A DNA stretch of 64,000 nucleotides from Ignavibacteriota bacterium (GTDB lineage: Bacteria; Bacteroidota; Ignavibacteria; UBA10030), in the NCBI GenBank assembly GCA_003142475.1, contig PLMK01000042.1, forward strand, positions 131,586 to 195,585, in the 5' to 3' direction. A program made the translations under genes and the position numbers. Numbering within the stretch: position 1 is the stretch's first letter; the number at the start of each line of letters is the position of its first letter. The notes beneath the pieces were generated by a model that saw only the letters and a program-made list of their open reading frames with translations, was not told the DNA's origin and did not search any database. Positions 10,526 to 18,999 of this stretch are shown here, one piece after another.

Positions 10526-10529
10526 GATT

Positions 10530-11438
10530 ATGAGTGATCAGAAAAAATCAGTTCTCGGACGTGGACTTAATGCGCTCATTCCGAAGAACTCGCGGATGGA
10601 AGTAAATGTGCGGGACGGTTCTGTCGGGCGCGACACTGGCGAGACGGGCATCATTGCTAGTATCGACATTGCAAAGATTCAACCGAACCCATTCCAACCA
10701 CGCACGGATTTCGATCAAGAATCGCTATCGGAGCTTACGCGATCGATACAAGAGAAAGGCGTCATTCAGCCGATTACCGTGCGGCGGATTGATGTGGGGT
10801 ATCAAATTATTTCCGGCGAACGGCGTCTCCGTGCAACTCAAGCGGCACACCTACGGCAGATTCCCGCATACATCATTGCCGTCGAGACCGACGAAGAGAT
10901 GCTGGAACTTGCGCTCATCGAAAACATTCAGCGTGAATATCTGAACTCGATGGAAATTGCAAACGCCTATCAGCGCCTCATTGATGAATGCCACATGACC
11001 CAAGATGAGATTGCTAAACGTGTCGGCAAAGATAGAAGCACCGTCACTAATTTCATCCGTTTGCTGAAACTGCCGGTGAAAATACAAGATGGATTACGCA
11101 AAGAGAGAATTTCGATGGGACACGCGCGCGCGCTTATCGCGCTTCCGAATGAACGTGTACAACTGCGGCTGTACGAAAAAATTATAGATGGCGGATTGTC
11201 AGTACGGAAAGTGGAAGATATTGTCCGCGCCGCTCAGCAACCTAAGAAAAAGTCCGGTCCGCACAAAGAAAACAACGGCGCATCGGCAAGTATTCAAAGT
11301 TTGGAAGAAAAATTGCGACAGGCGCTCGGCACAAAAGTCAAAGTTAAAACCAAAGGATCGGGGCGCGGCGAGATCATAGTGGAATACTATTCACTCGACG
11401 ATTTTGACCGGTTGATGGATTTGTTCACTGGGAAATAA
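10530..11438 (+). CDS. parB: Chromosome partitioning protein ParB/Spo0J
   Basis: ATG at 10530 directly after the parA stop; ParB box GLNALIP, IQPNPFQPR, HTH region; ORF-track start 10479 is likely too far upstream. Confidence 0.9.
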   Translation: MSDQKKSVLGRGLNALIPKNSRMEVNVRDGSVGRDTGETGIIASIDIAKIQPNPFQPRTDFDQESLSELTRSIQEKGVIQPITVRRIDVGYQIISGERRLRATQAAHLRQIPAYIIAVETDEEMLELALIENIQREYLNSMEIANAYQRLIDECHMTQDEIAKRVGKDRSTVTNFIRLLKLPVKIQDGLRKERISMGHARALIALPNERVQLRLYEKIIDGGLSVRKVEDIVRAAQQPKKKSGPHKENNGASASIQSLEEKLRQALGTKVKVKTKGSGRGEIIVEYYSLDDFDRLMDLFTGK

Positions 11439-11509
11439 TGAATGACTCATTTGTGATCTGTAAACAGCAAGTAACCACATTAGAATAATTTAGAATTGTA
11501 AAATCAACT

Positions 11510-11905
11510 ATGTCTACGACTATAGAAAAAATTCTAACTGAAAAAGCTCCCGCACCAATTGGCCCTTACAGTCAAGCAATTCTGGTTGATGGAAAATTCC
11601 TTTATACTGCGGGACAGATTCCTCTCGACCCTACAAACGGAAAACTTATTGAAGGTGACATTAAAGAACAAACACGACAGATAATAAAGAACCTTGAAGC
11701 CATTCTTATTGCCGGCGGAGCTTCATTCGCGTCCGTGATTAAAACTACGGTTTTCTTAAAAGATATGAACGAGTTCGCTGCTATGAACGAAGTGTATGCC
11801 GAATTCTTTGGTGCCGCTTCCCCTGCACGCAGTACGGTGGAAGTTGCTCGTCTACCGCGCGATGTGCATATAGAAATTGAAGTTGTTGCCGTTGTTGAAA
11901 AATGA
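11510..11905 (+). CDS. ridA: RidA/YjgF family reactive-intermediate deaminase
   Basis: [11 protein letters not shown]...TAGQIP N-terminal signature; 131 aa. Confidence 0.85.
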   Translation: MSTTIEKILTEKAPAPIGPYSQAILVDGKFLYTAGQIPLDPTNGKLIEGDIKEQTRQIIKNLEAILIAGGASFASVIKTTVFLKDMNEFAAMNEVYAEFFGAASPARSTVEVARLPRDVHIEIEVVAVVEK

Positions 11906-11928
11906 CCGCTAGCTTGAATAATTTCCCA

Positions 11929-12510
11929 ATGAAAAACCAATCGGTAATGCCGCTGATCGTAGCAATATTCTTTTTTTTTGTTTCATCCATTAATGCTGAC
12001 GCACAAACCAAAGTCACATCGGCTTTGATCAAATCGGATACAACAGAAGCTCAATACTCATCAAAGGACTCAATCGGCGTTCAAGGCAACAAAATAAAAC
12101 TCATTTCTGATGTGAACGCCAAATCCGGATCGTTAGCGATGCTGCTCTCTGCTCTGCTGCCCGGAGCCGGACAAGTGTACGCCCATCGATACTACACTAT
12201 TCCGATATTCTGGGGATTTGGCGTCTACTTTAGTTCGATAGCAATCAAAGCGAATAATCAATATCTAGATTATCGTGGGAAATTTTCGGAATCGGTTAGG
12301 TTGGATACAACAGCTCATTCTGGAGATCAGAACCTATTAAGTGCGCGCGATTTCTATCGCGATCAGCGGGACGAATTTATTCTCTACCTTGGTCTAACGT
12401 ATATCCTCAACATCATTGACGCGTACGTTGGCGCGACGCTATATGATTTTGATGTTTCAGATGAACTTGGCGGCAGCGCGAAAATTCAGTTTCATGTACC
12501 TCTTCCCTAA
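11929..12510 (+). CDS. DUF5683-family secreted/membrane protein
   Basis: Signal peptide; LLPGAGQVYAHRYY motif characteristic of DUF5683; internal ATG at 11929 preferred. Confidence 0.55.
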   Translation: MKNQSVMPLIVAIFFFFVSSINADAQTKVTSALIKSDTTEAQYSSKDSIGVQGNKIKLISDVNAKSGSLAMLLSALLPGAGQVYAHRYYTIPIFWGFGVYFSSIAIKANNQYLDYRGKFSESVRLDTTAHSGDQNLLSARDFYRDQRDEFILYLGLTYILNIIDAYVGATLYDFDVSDELGGSAKIQFHVPLP

Positions 12511-13418
12511 GCAAGCAGATCTCTCAAAGCATCTTCAAGTTTCGGAAATTGAAATTTAAATCCGGCATCACTCAATTTTTTGGGAATCATTTTCTGTCCG
12601 TGCAGCAATAACGGTTCAGCCATCTCGCCAAACGCAAGTTTTAATATAAATACAGGCACATGCATCCAAGACGGTCTGCGAAGAATTTTTCCAAGCTTCT
12701 TGCAAAATTCCAACATTCGGACCGACTCTGGTGCGTCAAGATTTAATGACCCGGTGATATACTCGTTCTCCATCACAAAGAGAATTGCGCTTACTTCATC
12801 CTGTAGATGAATCCATGGAAACCATTGCTTGCCGGAACCCAGCGGTCCGCCGAGGAACAATCGGAATGGTATTAGAAGTTTCTGAAGTGCACCGCCGTTT
12901 CTGTCTAGTACAACTCCTGTTCGCAGCAGAACAACACGCATACCAAACTCTTGTGCTTTTAAAGCTTCCGCTTCCCACAGATCACAGACATCAGCAAGAA
13001 ATCCTGTGCCTTTTAGACTGGCTTCAGTCACTTCGCCTTCTGGCACGTTGCCGTAGTAACCAACAGCAGAAGCGTTTAACAGTACCGAGGGTTTGCGTTT
13101 AGTCTGTTTGATAGCACTGATGATAGCTTGTGTTGATTCAATGCGGCTAGAAAGAATCTTCTCCTTTTGAATTTGTGTCCACCGTTTTGCGCCGATAGGT
13201 TCTCCGGCAAAATTGATAACTGCATCGGTTCCATCAAGAACATCGGTCAAAGCGTTATTCGTCTTCACATCCCAGAACTCTATGCGCACAGCGGTAAAAT
13301 ATTTTCTGGCTTTTTCCGGAGTTCTCGAGAGTAAAATTACTTCATGGTGTGCTTGAAGAAGTCTGTCAATCAGCGTTCTTCCGATCAAACCGCTTCCGCC
13401 GGCTACAACAACTTGCAT
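12507..13418 (-). CDS. TIGR01777/YfcH-family NAD-dependent epimerase-like protein (SDR39U1, DUF1731 C-terminus)
   Basis: N-terminal Rossmann motif VVAGGSGLIG at the internal Met; C-terminal DUF1731-like region; the upstream extension of the ORF lacks homology. Confidence 0.75.
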   Translation of the reverse strand: MQVVVAGGSGLIGRTLIDRLLQAHHEVILLSRTPEKARKYFTAVRIEFWDVKTNNALTDVLDGTDAVINFAGEPIGAKRWTQIQKEKILSSRIESTQAIISAIKQTKRKPSVLLNASAVGYYGNVPEGEVTEASLKGTGFLADVCDLWEAEALKAQEFGMRVVLLRTGVVLDRNGGALQKLLIPFRLFLGGPLGSGKQWFPWIHLQDEVSAILFVMENEYITGSLNLDAPESVRMLEFCKKLGKILRRPSWMHVPVFILKLAFGEMAEPLLLHGQKMIPKKLSDAGFKFQFPKLEDALRDLLA

Positions 13419-13453
13419 TGATTTTTCCTTTAGAGATTGTGTTATGGATTTGT

Positions 13454-14362
13454 CTACCGGAATATCAGTCCGAGTCCGAATAAAATGGAAAACAATAAAG
13501 TTGAAAGGGAAAGGTTTTTCAATTCGGCATTCAATTCCTCGGGGCAAGTATTTTTAATGACGGTTCGGACATGCTTGACGAGAAACGGAAGAGAGCAAAG
13601 AAACAGAAACTGTATCCCCGATCGAAAATTCATGAGTGTGTAGAAGCATCCTGAAAGAACAGCAAGTGCAAGTAGTATGGCTTGATAAATCTTTGCCCGA
13701 TCTCTTCCCAACAGTACGACCAGCGTTCGCTTTGCTGCTTGTGTATCAGTAGCCTCATCGCGCAGATTATTGACATTCAAAACGCCGGCACTCAAAAATC
13801 CGATACATGCGGCAGGAAGAAATACATCCGCTGTTATATGATGGGTATGGAGAGCATATGTTCCGACAGTGCCGATTATTCCAAAAAAAAGAAATACGGA
13901 AAGATCGCCCCATCCACGGTACCCGTATGGATTGTCGCCAATTGTATATTTCAATGCCGCAGCAATAGACGCGATGCCCAAAATGACAAAGAGCACTTTC
14001 ACGGCAGGAAGTTCTCCCTCCGTCCCGGCGATAATTAAGGCGATACCGGCAGCAAAGGAACAAACGGTAACAAGAACAATAGCATAACGCATCGATAAGA
14101 CAGATATCTCACCCGATTGCACCATACGGCGGGGACCGACTCGGTTGGCGTTGTCTTTCCCGTTGGTAAAGTCTCCGTAATCGTTCGCAAGATTGGAAAG
14201 GATTTGCAATAGAATTGTTGTCAGCGCAGCCAGAAGAAAAACATTCCAATGAAACCGTTGCTCTGCTGCAGCAAGAAAACTTCCGAGCAGCGTACTTGAA
14301 AGAGCTAGCAGTAACGTTTTCGGCCGTGCGGCATCAATCCATGGTCTCAAAATATTCATCAT
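13454..14362 (-). CDS. menA: 1,4-dihydroxy-2-naphthoate octaprenyltransferase (UbiA superfamily)
   Basis: WIDAARPKTL N-terminal motif, about 8 TM helices, NDYGD prenyltransferase motif; ubiE lies elsewhere in the window. Confidence 0.8.
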   Translation of the reverse strand: MMNILRPWIDAARPKTLLLALSSTLLGSFLAAAEQRFHWNVFLLAALTTILLQILSNLANDYGDFTNGKDNANRVGPRRMVQSGEISVLSMRYAIVLVTVCSFAAGIALIIAGTEGELPAVKVLFVILGIASIAAALKYTIGDNPYGYRGWGDLSVFLFFGIIGTVGTYALHTHHITADVFLPAACIGFLSAGVLNVNNLRDEATDTQAAKRTLVVLLGRDRAKIYQAILLALAVLSGCFYTLMNFRSGIQFLFLCSLPFLVKHVRTVIKNTCPEELNAELKNLSLSTLLFSILFGLGLIFR

Positions 14363-14449
14363 ATAATAAGGTATTAATTTTCGGAAAGAGAAACCATCTC
14401 CTTCACCTTCCTTCTTCTGCGTATTTTCCGCTATCAATTTAATAGTTAG

Positions 14450-14776
14450 AGGAATAAGGAATGGCTCTTCATCAAGTATACCACTTTTTACTCTTTGTCA
14501 TTTATGCGGTTTTTTCCTATCATTCGTATATTTGTAGCGTTTGTAGCTGGCATTGGCAGCATGACATATCCACGTTTCATGATTTACAATTTAACCGGCG
14601 CCATACTTTGGGTATTATTATTCACGCTGGGTGGATATTTCGTCGGCAATATCCCATTTGTAAGACAGAACTTCAGCTTAGTCATTGTTGCACTTGTGCT
14701 TATTCCTGGTATTCAGGCGACAATAGAATTTGTTCGTCACTCTGTAAGCCGTTCAAGAAAGTGCGGGCTTTTATAA
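14450..14776 (+). pseudogene. C-terminal remnant (about 100 aa) of a DedA/VTT-family membrane protein; N-terminal half absent
   Basis: RFFPIIRIFVAFVAGIGSMTYPRFMIYNLTGAILWVLLFTLGGYFVGN matches the DedA C-terminal signature; the frame opens only at 14450 (TAG at 14447) and the upstream DNA is the menA promoter. Confidence 0.5.
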
Positions 14777-14938
14777 TTCGACTGCAGGGTAAAATTTCAT
14801 TCATGCATTATCACTTTGCTCATTGTAAGGTGATTTTTCCAAGATACCGGAATTTAATTTTCACCTGCTATTGCTTTATATTTATTCCGGATGCTGTTAT
14901 TCTATACATTACTATTGATTAGATTTGTTGGAAATGTT

Positions 14939-15985
14939 ATGCACAAAGCAATTTTTCTTTTCATCAACATAGTCTTTTATGTTTGTTTTTCTTTTGGGCA
15001 AGAAAAATCCGGTGGTTACATCCACGGATTGATTGTGGGAGATTACTTTTACAAAACCAGCGGTGATTCACAACCTTTCGGCAGCGTATCGCAGTTCAGC
15101 CAACCTTTGCCCAAAGATTCTTCTGGTTTTCAGATCCGACGCCTTCATCTTTTCTACGATTATACTTTTTCGAATGAATTTTCCACACGATTTCAACTTG
15201 AAGGGAACGAAAAATCACTTGATCCAAACGGACGTTTGAGTTTATATATGAAGACGGCATATCTCGAATGGAAAAATCTCGTTCCCATGTCGAGTTTGTA
15301 TATCGGACTTGTGCCGACACCAACGTGGATTAATGTTGAAGGACAATGGGGTTATCGCTCCGTTGAAAAGACGATCACGGATTTTCGCGGACTTGGGAGT
15401 TTGACCGATATGGGTGTGCATCTGCGCGGAACGTTGTTCTCCGAAGGGTCCGTTGGATACTCACTGATGATCGGAAACGGCAACGCACAAAAACCCGAAA
15501 ATAATAGGTATAAAAAATATTATGCAATGGTTAACGGAAAACCCGTACAAAACCTGTCTTTGGAAATGTACATGGACTATGAACCGGCAGCACAGGACAA
15601 AGACCGCACGACATGGAAAGCATTTCTTTCCTATCAAGAACCATCATTTATGATTGGCACGGAAATTATTGAACAGCTACAAAAGAGACAAGACACTCTG
15701 TTTGCCGATTATGCTCCATTTGGTATTTCTTTGTTTTCGTGGTACCAAGTATCCGATAATTGGAAAGTATACGGACGAATTGATTATTATGATCCAAACA
15801 GACTTTCTGTAAACACTGATTTTTATGAACGCTTTATCTCTCTAGGTGCAGATTATATGCCGATAAAGAATATCCACTTCATACCGAACATCTGGATCAA
15901 CACGTTCACTGATAAAAGTTCAGCTGGACGAAAAAAAGATGCAGATATTGTTCCGCGCATTACTTTTTTCTTTGTCTTCAATTAA
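14939..15985 (+). CDS. Putative outer-membrane porin-like beta-barrel protein
   Basis: Signal peptide MHKAIFLFINIVFYVCFSFGQE; alternating beta-strand pattern; C-terminal Phe/aromatic-rich end. Confidence 0.5.
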   Translation: MHKAIFLFINIVFYVCFSFGQEKSGGYIHGLIVGDYFYKTSGDSQPFGSVSQFSQPLPKDSSGFQIRRLHLFYDYTFSNEFSTRFQLEGNEKSLDPNGRLSLYMKTAYLEWKNLVPMSSLYIGLVPTPTWINVEGQWGYRSVEKTITDFRGLGSLTDMGVHLRGTLFSEGSVGYSLMIGNGNAQKPENNRYKKYYAMVNGKPVQNLSLEMYMDYEPAAQDKDRTTWKAFLSYQEPSFMIGTEIIEQLQKRQDTLFADYAPFGISLFSWYQVSDNWKVYGRIDYYDPNRLSVNTDFYERFISLGADYMPIKNIHFIPNIWINTFTDKSSAGRKKDADIVPRITFFFVFN

Positions 15986-16020
15986 CTAACTGCTTCTTAA
16001 AACCAAACAAAGACGATTTC

Positions 16021-16479
16021 ATGAACATCACCGTCAGAATTGCCGCAGCTGCTGATTCAACTATTATTGCCGAGTACAACGCTATGATGGCAAAGGAAAC
16101 AGAAGGTATTGAATTAGACCGCGAACGCCTGCGAAAGGGCACGGAAGCTTTGATTGCAGATTCATCGAAAGGTATTTATTATCTGGCAGAAACAGATGGC
16201 AAGGTTGTCGGACAGTTGATGATTACGTACGAGTGGAGTGATTGGCGCAATGCCACGTTCTGGTGGATTCAAAGTGTGTACATCCTACGCGAATACCGCA
16301 AGCAAGGCGTCTTCCGCAAGCTTTATCAATATGTCGAATCGCTCGCCTTAACACACGGCGACGTGTGCGGCTTGCGATTGTATGTTGACGATGCAAATAA
16401 AAGCGCTCAAAAAACTTATGAAGCGCTTGACATGAAACAATCACATTATCGGATGATGGAAGTAGATTTTATTTTGTAG
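16021..16479 (+). CDS. GNAT family N-acetyltransferase
   Basis: Acetyl-CoA binding motif region REYRKQGVFRKLY; 152 aa. Confidence 0.8.
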   Translation: MNITVRIAAAADSTIIAEYNAMMAKETEGIELDRERLRKGTEALIADSSKGIYYLAETDGKVVGQLMITYEWSDWRNATFWWIQSVYILREYRKQGVFRKLYQYVESLALTHGDVCGLRLYVDDANKSAQKTYEALDMKQSHYRMMEVDFIL

Positions 16480-16515
16480 ATCAAGATTTGGTTCGACCAA
16501 TGATAGAGCTGCATT

Positions 16516-17565
16516 CTATTCTATAGTAATCGTTTTTTGTTGAGCGTTGCTCTTTTGGGCCGCATCAATAATCCGAATTACATTTAACGCTTCCTCCGGC
16601 TTCACTACTAATTCCTTCCCGTGAACAATGTGGTCATAGATATTGTCATAAAAAGCACAGTAATTTCCTGGCAATGTTTCGTATTTCTCTCTGAGCCGTT
16701 TATTTTCTTTTTCTATATTTAACAATCCCCACCACTCTTTTGGTTCTTTTCCCCAATTCGGATCATTTGGATTCTGTCCTTGTTTTAATGCTTCTTCTTG
16801 CGGATCAAGTCCCCATTTTAAAAATGAACCGCTCGTTCCGTGAAGAATGTACCGTGGCCCCGGTTCTTTTACAAGTAAGCTGGCTTTCAAAGCCACATTA
16901 ACATTGGGATAATGCAACTTGATATCGTACCAGTCATCAACTTCACCGCCGATTCTCATAATTTTCAGATGCGCTGTCACAGCTTCTGGCATGCCGAATA
17001 GTACGAGTGCCTGATCGATCATGTGCGAACCAAGATTGAAGAGTATACCTGTCCCAGCCGCAGATTGTTCTTTCCATGAATCCGTCTGAACAAGATTCTT
17101 GTAGCGATCAAAGTGCGCCTCATATTCGACAAGTCTCCCAAGCATCTGCTCTTTCACAACACGTTGAACGGTGAGGAAATCTCCATCCCATCGCCGATTC
17201 TGGAATACGGTGAGAATTTTTTCTTTTTGCCGGGCAAGAGCAATTAATGATTTTCCTTGTTCTACTGTCTGCGTGAATGGTTTTTCGACTATAACATGTT
17301 TGCCGGCATCAAGGCATTTTTTAGCATACTCAAAATGCGATTGGTCCGGAGTGTTCACAACAATCAATTCAATCTCATTATCTTGCAGTAAATCTTCAAA
17401 GGAACGTGAAACGACGACATTTGGATATAGCTTTTGCGCTTCGTTTTTTGCTCGTTCTATAATTCGTTTAATTTTAAAATTTTTATGATATGTGAGCAAT
17501 GGTGCATGAAATATTCTACCAGACATTCCAAAAGATGCGATTCCAACAATGATCGTGCGTTCCAT
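16516..17565 (-). CDS. Gfo/Idh/MocA family NAD(P)-dependent oxidoreductase
   Basis: N-terminal Rossmann IGIASFGMSG, EKP motif (VIVEKPF); about 350 aa. Confidence 0.85.
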   Translation of the reverse strand: MERTIIVGIASFGMSGRIFHAPLLTYHKNFKIKRIIERAKNEAQKLYPNVVVSRSFEDLLQDNEIELIVVNTPDQSHFEYAKKCLDAGKHVIVEKPFTQTVEQGKSLIALARQKEKILTVFQNRRWDGDFLTVQRVVKEQMLGRLVEYEAHFDRYKNLVQTDSWKEQSAAGTGILFNLGSHMIDQALVLFGMPEAVTAHLKIMRIGGEVDDWYDIKLHYPNVNVALKASLLVKEPGPRYILHGTSGSFLKWGLDPQEEALKQGQNPNDPNWGKEPKEWWGLLNIEKENKRLREKYETLPGNYCAFYDNIYDHIVHGKELVVKPEEALNVIRIIDAAQKSNAQQKTITIE

Positions 17566-17851
17566 CATGTACACTCTGGGCTAATGAACAAACTGGTCTT
17601 TATGTATGCTAAAGAAACATAACCATAATTAATAGGAAGTGAAACACAATCTTGTTAGCAAATTAACGGAAAGGAATTGTGAGCCTAATAATTTTGTGGA
17701 GAAGATTATCAAACAGAAGATATTAAATGAGTTTTCAACTGCTTGTGAATACAATCGTAAATTTGGAATTCTAAGATGAGCCTAGGTTTGACATGCTTAT
17801 CCTTTCCCCGTATCTTTATATATAATAATTCTTTTTTATGCGTCTAATTAT

Positions 17852-18988
17852 ATGAACTCTTCAAATCCCGTTACCTTTTTTATTACTTATTTTGGACTGT
17901 TGTTCATTCTGCCGCTCACTCTACGTTCACAGACAAATCCAAACTTCGATTTCTCACTCGGCGTCGATTACAGTGCCGCCGAACAAATGTTAGATTATTT
18001 TGACCATCGCATTGGAAATACAAAATATGTTGCAGAGCTTCGCGGTAATCGGCTCGCCGCGGCAACAAGTGTCATGCTTGCGCGCACTGAAAAAACCGAC
18101 GATGACTTCCACCAGCAGCTTGAACTAGCACGGAATAATACAAGATTTGAAAGTGATGTGTATGGTTTTTCACCTGCGAAGAGTCATATACAGGAACTTC
18201 GAAAGCTTCTTCTAGAAATTAAGCATAGACAATTGGATCGCCGTATCGTCGCGACGATCGCCTCATTCTTTCCTGAACAAGCAAAAATCTCTACCAGATT
18301 CTCTGTATACTTCGTTGTAATAGGAAACGAACGTGCTGCCGCGTTTGTTCGGCACGTCATTTGGAATTATGATGTTCCAACTTTTGTCGGTGAAGATCAA
18401 GGGGAGCCTATTATTGTTGTCAATCTAGCTCGTATCGTTGAGGTACCAAACGACGTTGAAGATCAGTTTATTGAAGTATTAAGTACAACAGCACATGAAT
18501 GTTTTCATGCTGTATTTTCAGTTTTACAGAAATCTTTACCCGACTCCACTAAAGCAAAGAACATAGCCGATCAATTATTAGATGTGGTGCAAAACGAAGG
18601 TGTAGCGTACTATCTTTCTTTGCAAACTCATATCGGAGCTAGAACTCCTTCCCAGCAATGGTTTAATGCGACATCGCAAACAGTGGAAATGTTGAATCGT
18701 GCTCTATTAGAAATGTCTTCAACGAATCTAACTCGTGCCCGGGCACAGGAATTGATGATGAATGCCAACCTTTCCGGCTCATTCGAAGGAAACTATGGCG
18801 CTACTGCCGGTATGCGTATGGCGTACGAAATTGATTTGCGCCTCGGTAGGCCGGCACTGACAGCAACGTTAATGACTGGAAGCCGCTCATTTATTTCTAC
18901 GTATATGCAAGCATGCCTTCGCGATGGAAATCTGCCGAAGATCGATAAACAAGTTTCGCGAATGCTTCAATTGAAAAATCTTTATTGA
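17852..18988 (+). CDS. Secreted hypothetical protein with HEXXH motif (putative zinc-dependent peptidase-like, DUF2268-like)
   Basis: Signal peptide; TTAHECFHAV HEXXH motif; no closer family assignment possible by eye. Confidence 0.45.
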   Translation: MNSSNPVTFFITYFGLLFILPLTLRSQTNPNFDFSLGVDYSAAEQMLDYFDHRIGNTKYVAELRGNRLAAATSVMLARTEKTDDDFHQQLELARNNTRFESDVYGFSPAKSHIQELRKLLLEIKHRQLDRRIVATIASFFPEQAKISTRFSVYFVVIGNERAAAFVRHVIWNYDVPTFVGEDQGEPIIVVNLARIVEVPNDVEDQFIEVLSTTAHECFHAVFSVLQKSLPDSTKAKNIADQLLDVVQNEGVAYYLSLQTHIGARTPSQQWFNATSQTVEMLNRALLEMSSTNLTRARAQELMMNANLSGSFEGNYGATAGMRMAYEIDLRLGRPALTATLMTGSRSFISTYMQACLRDGNLPKIDKQVSRMLQLKNLY

Positions 18989-18999
18989 GTGAAATTACA

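Noticed and set aside
10606-11379. Alternative-frame ORFs inside parB (10606..10944, 11188..11379)
   Set aside because: They are embedded in the clearly homologous ParB reading frame and have basic low-complexity composition, consistent with out-of-frame artefacts.
14461-14922. 153-aa ORF (MALHQVYHFLLF...) overlapping the DedA remnant
   Set aside because: It is out of frame with the DedA-homologous segment and has Cys/His/Tyr-rich low-complexity composition with no homology. It is most likely a spurious ORF in AT-rich DNA.
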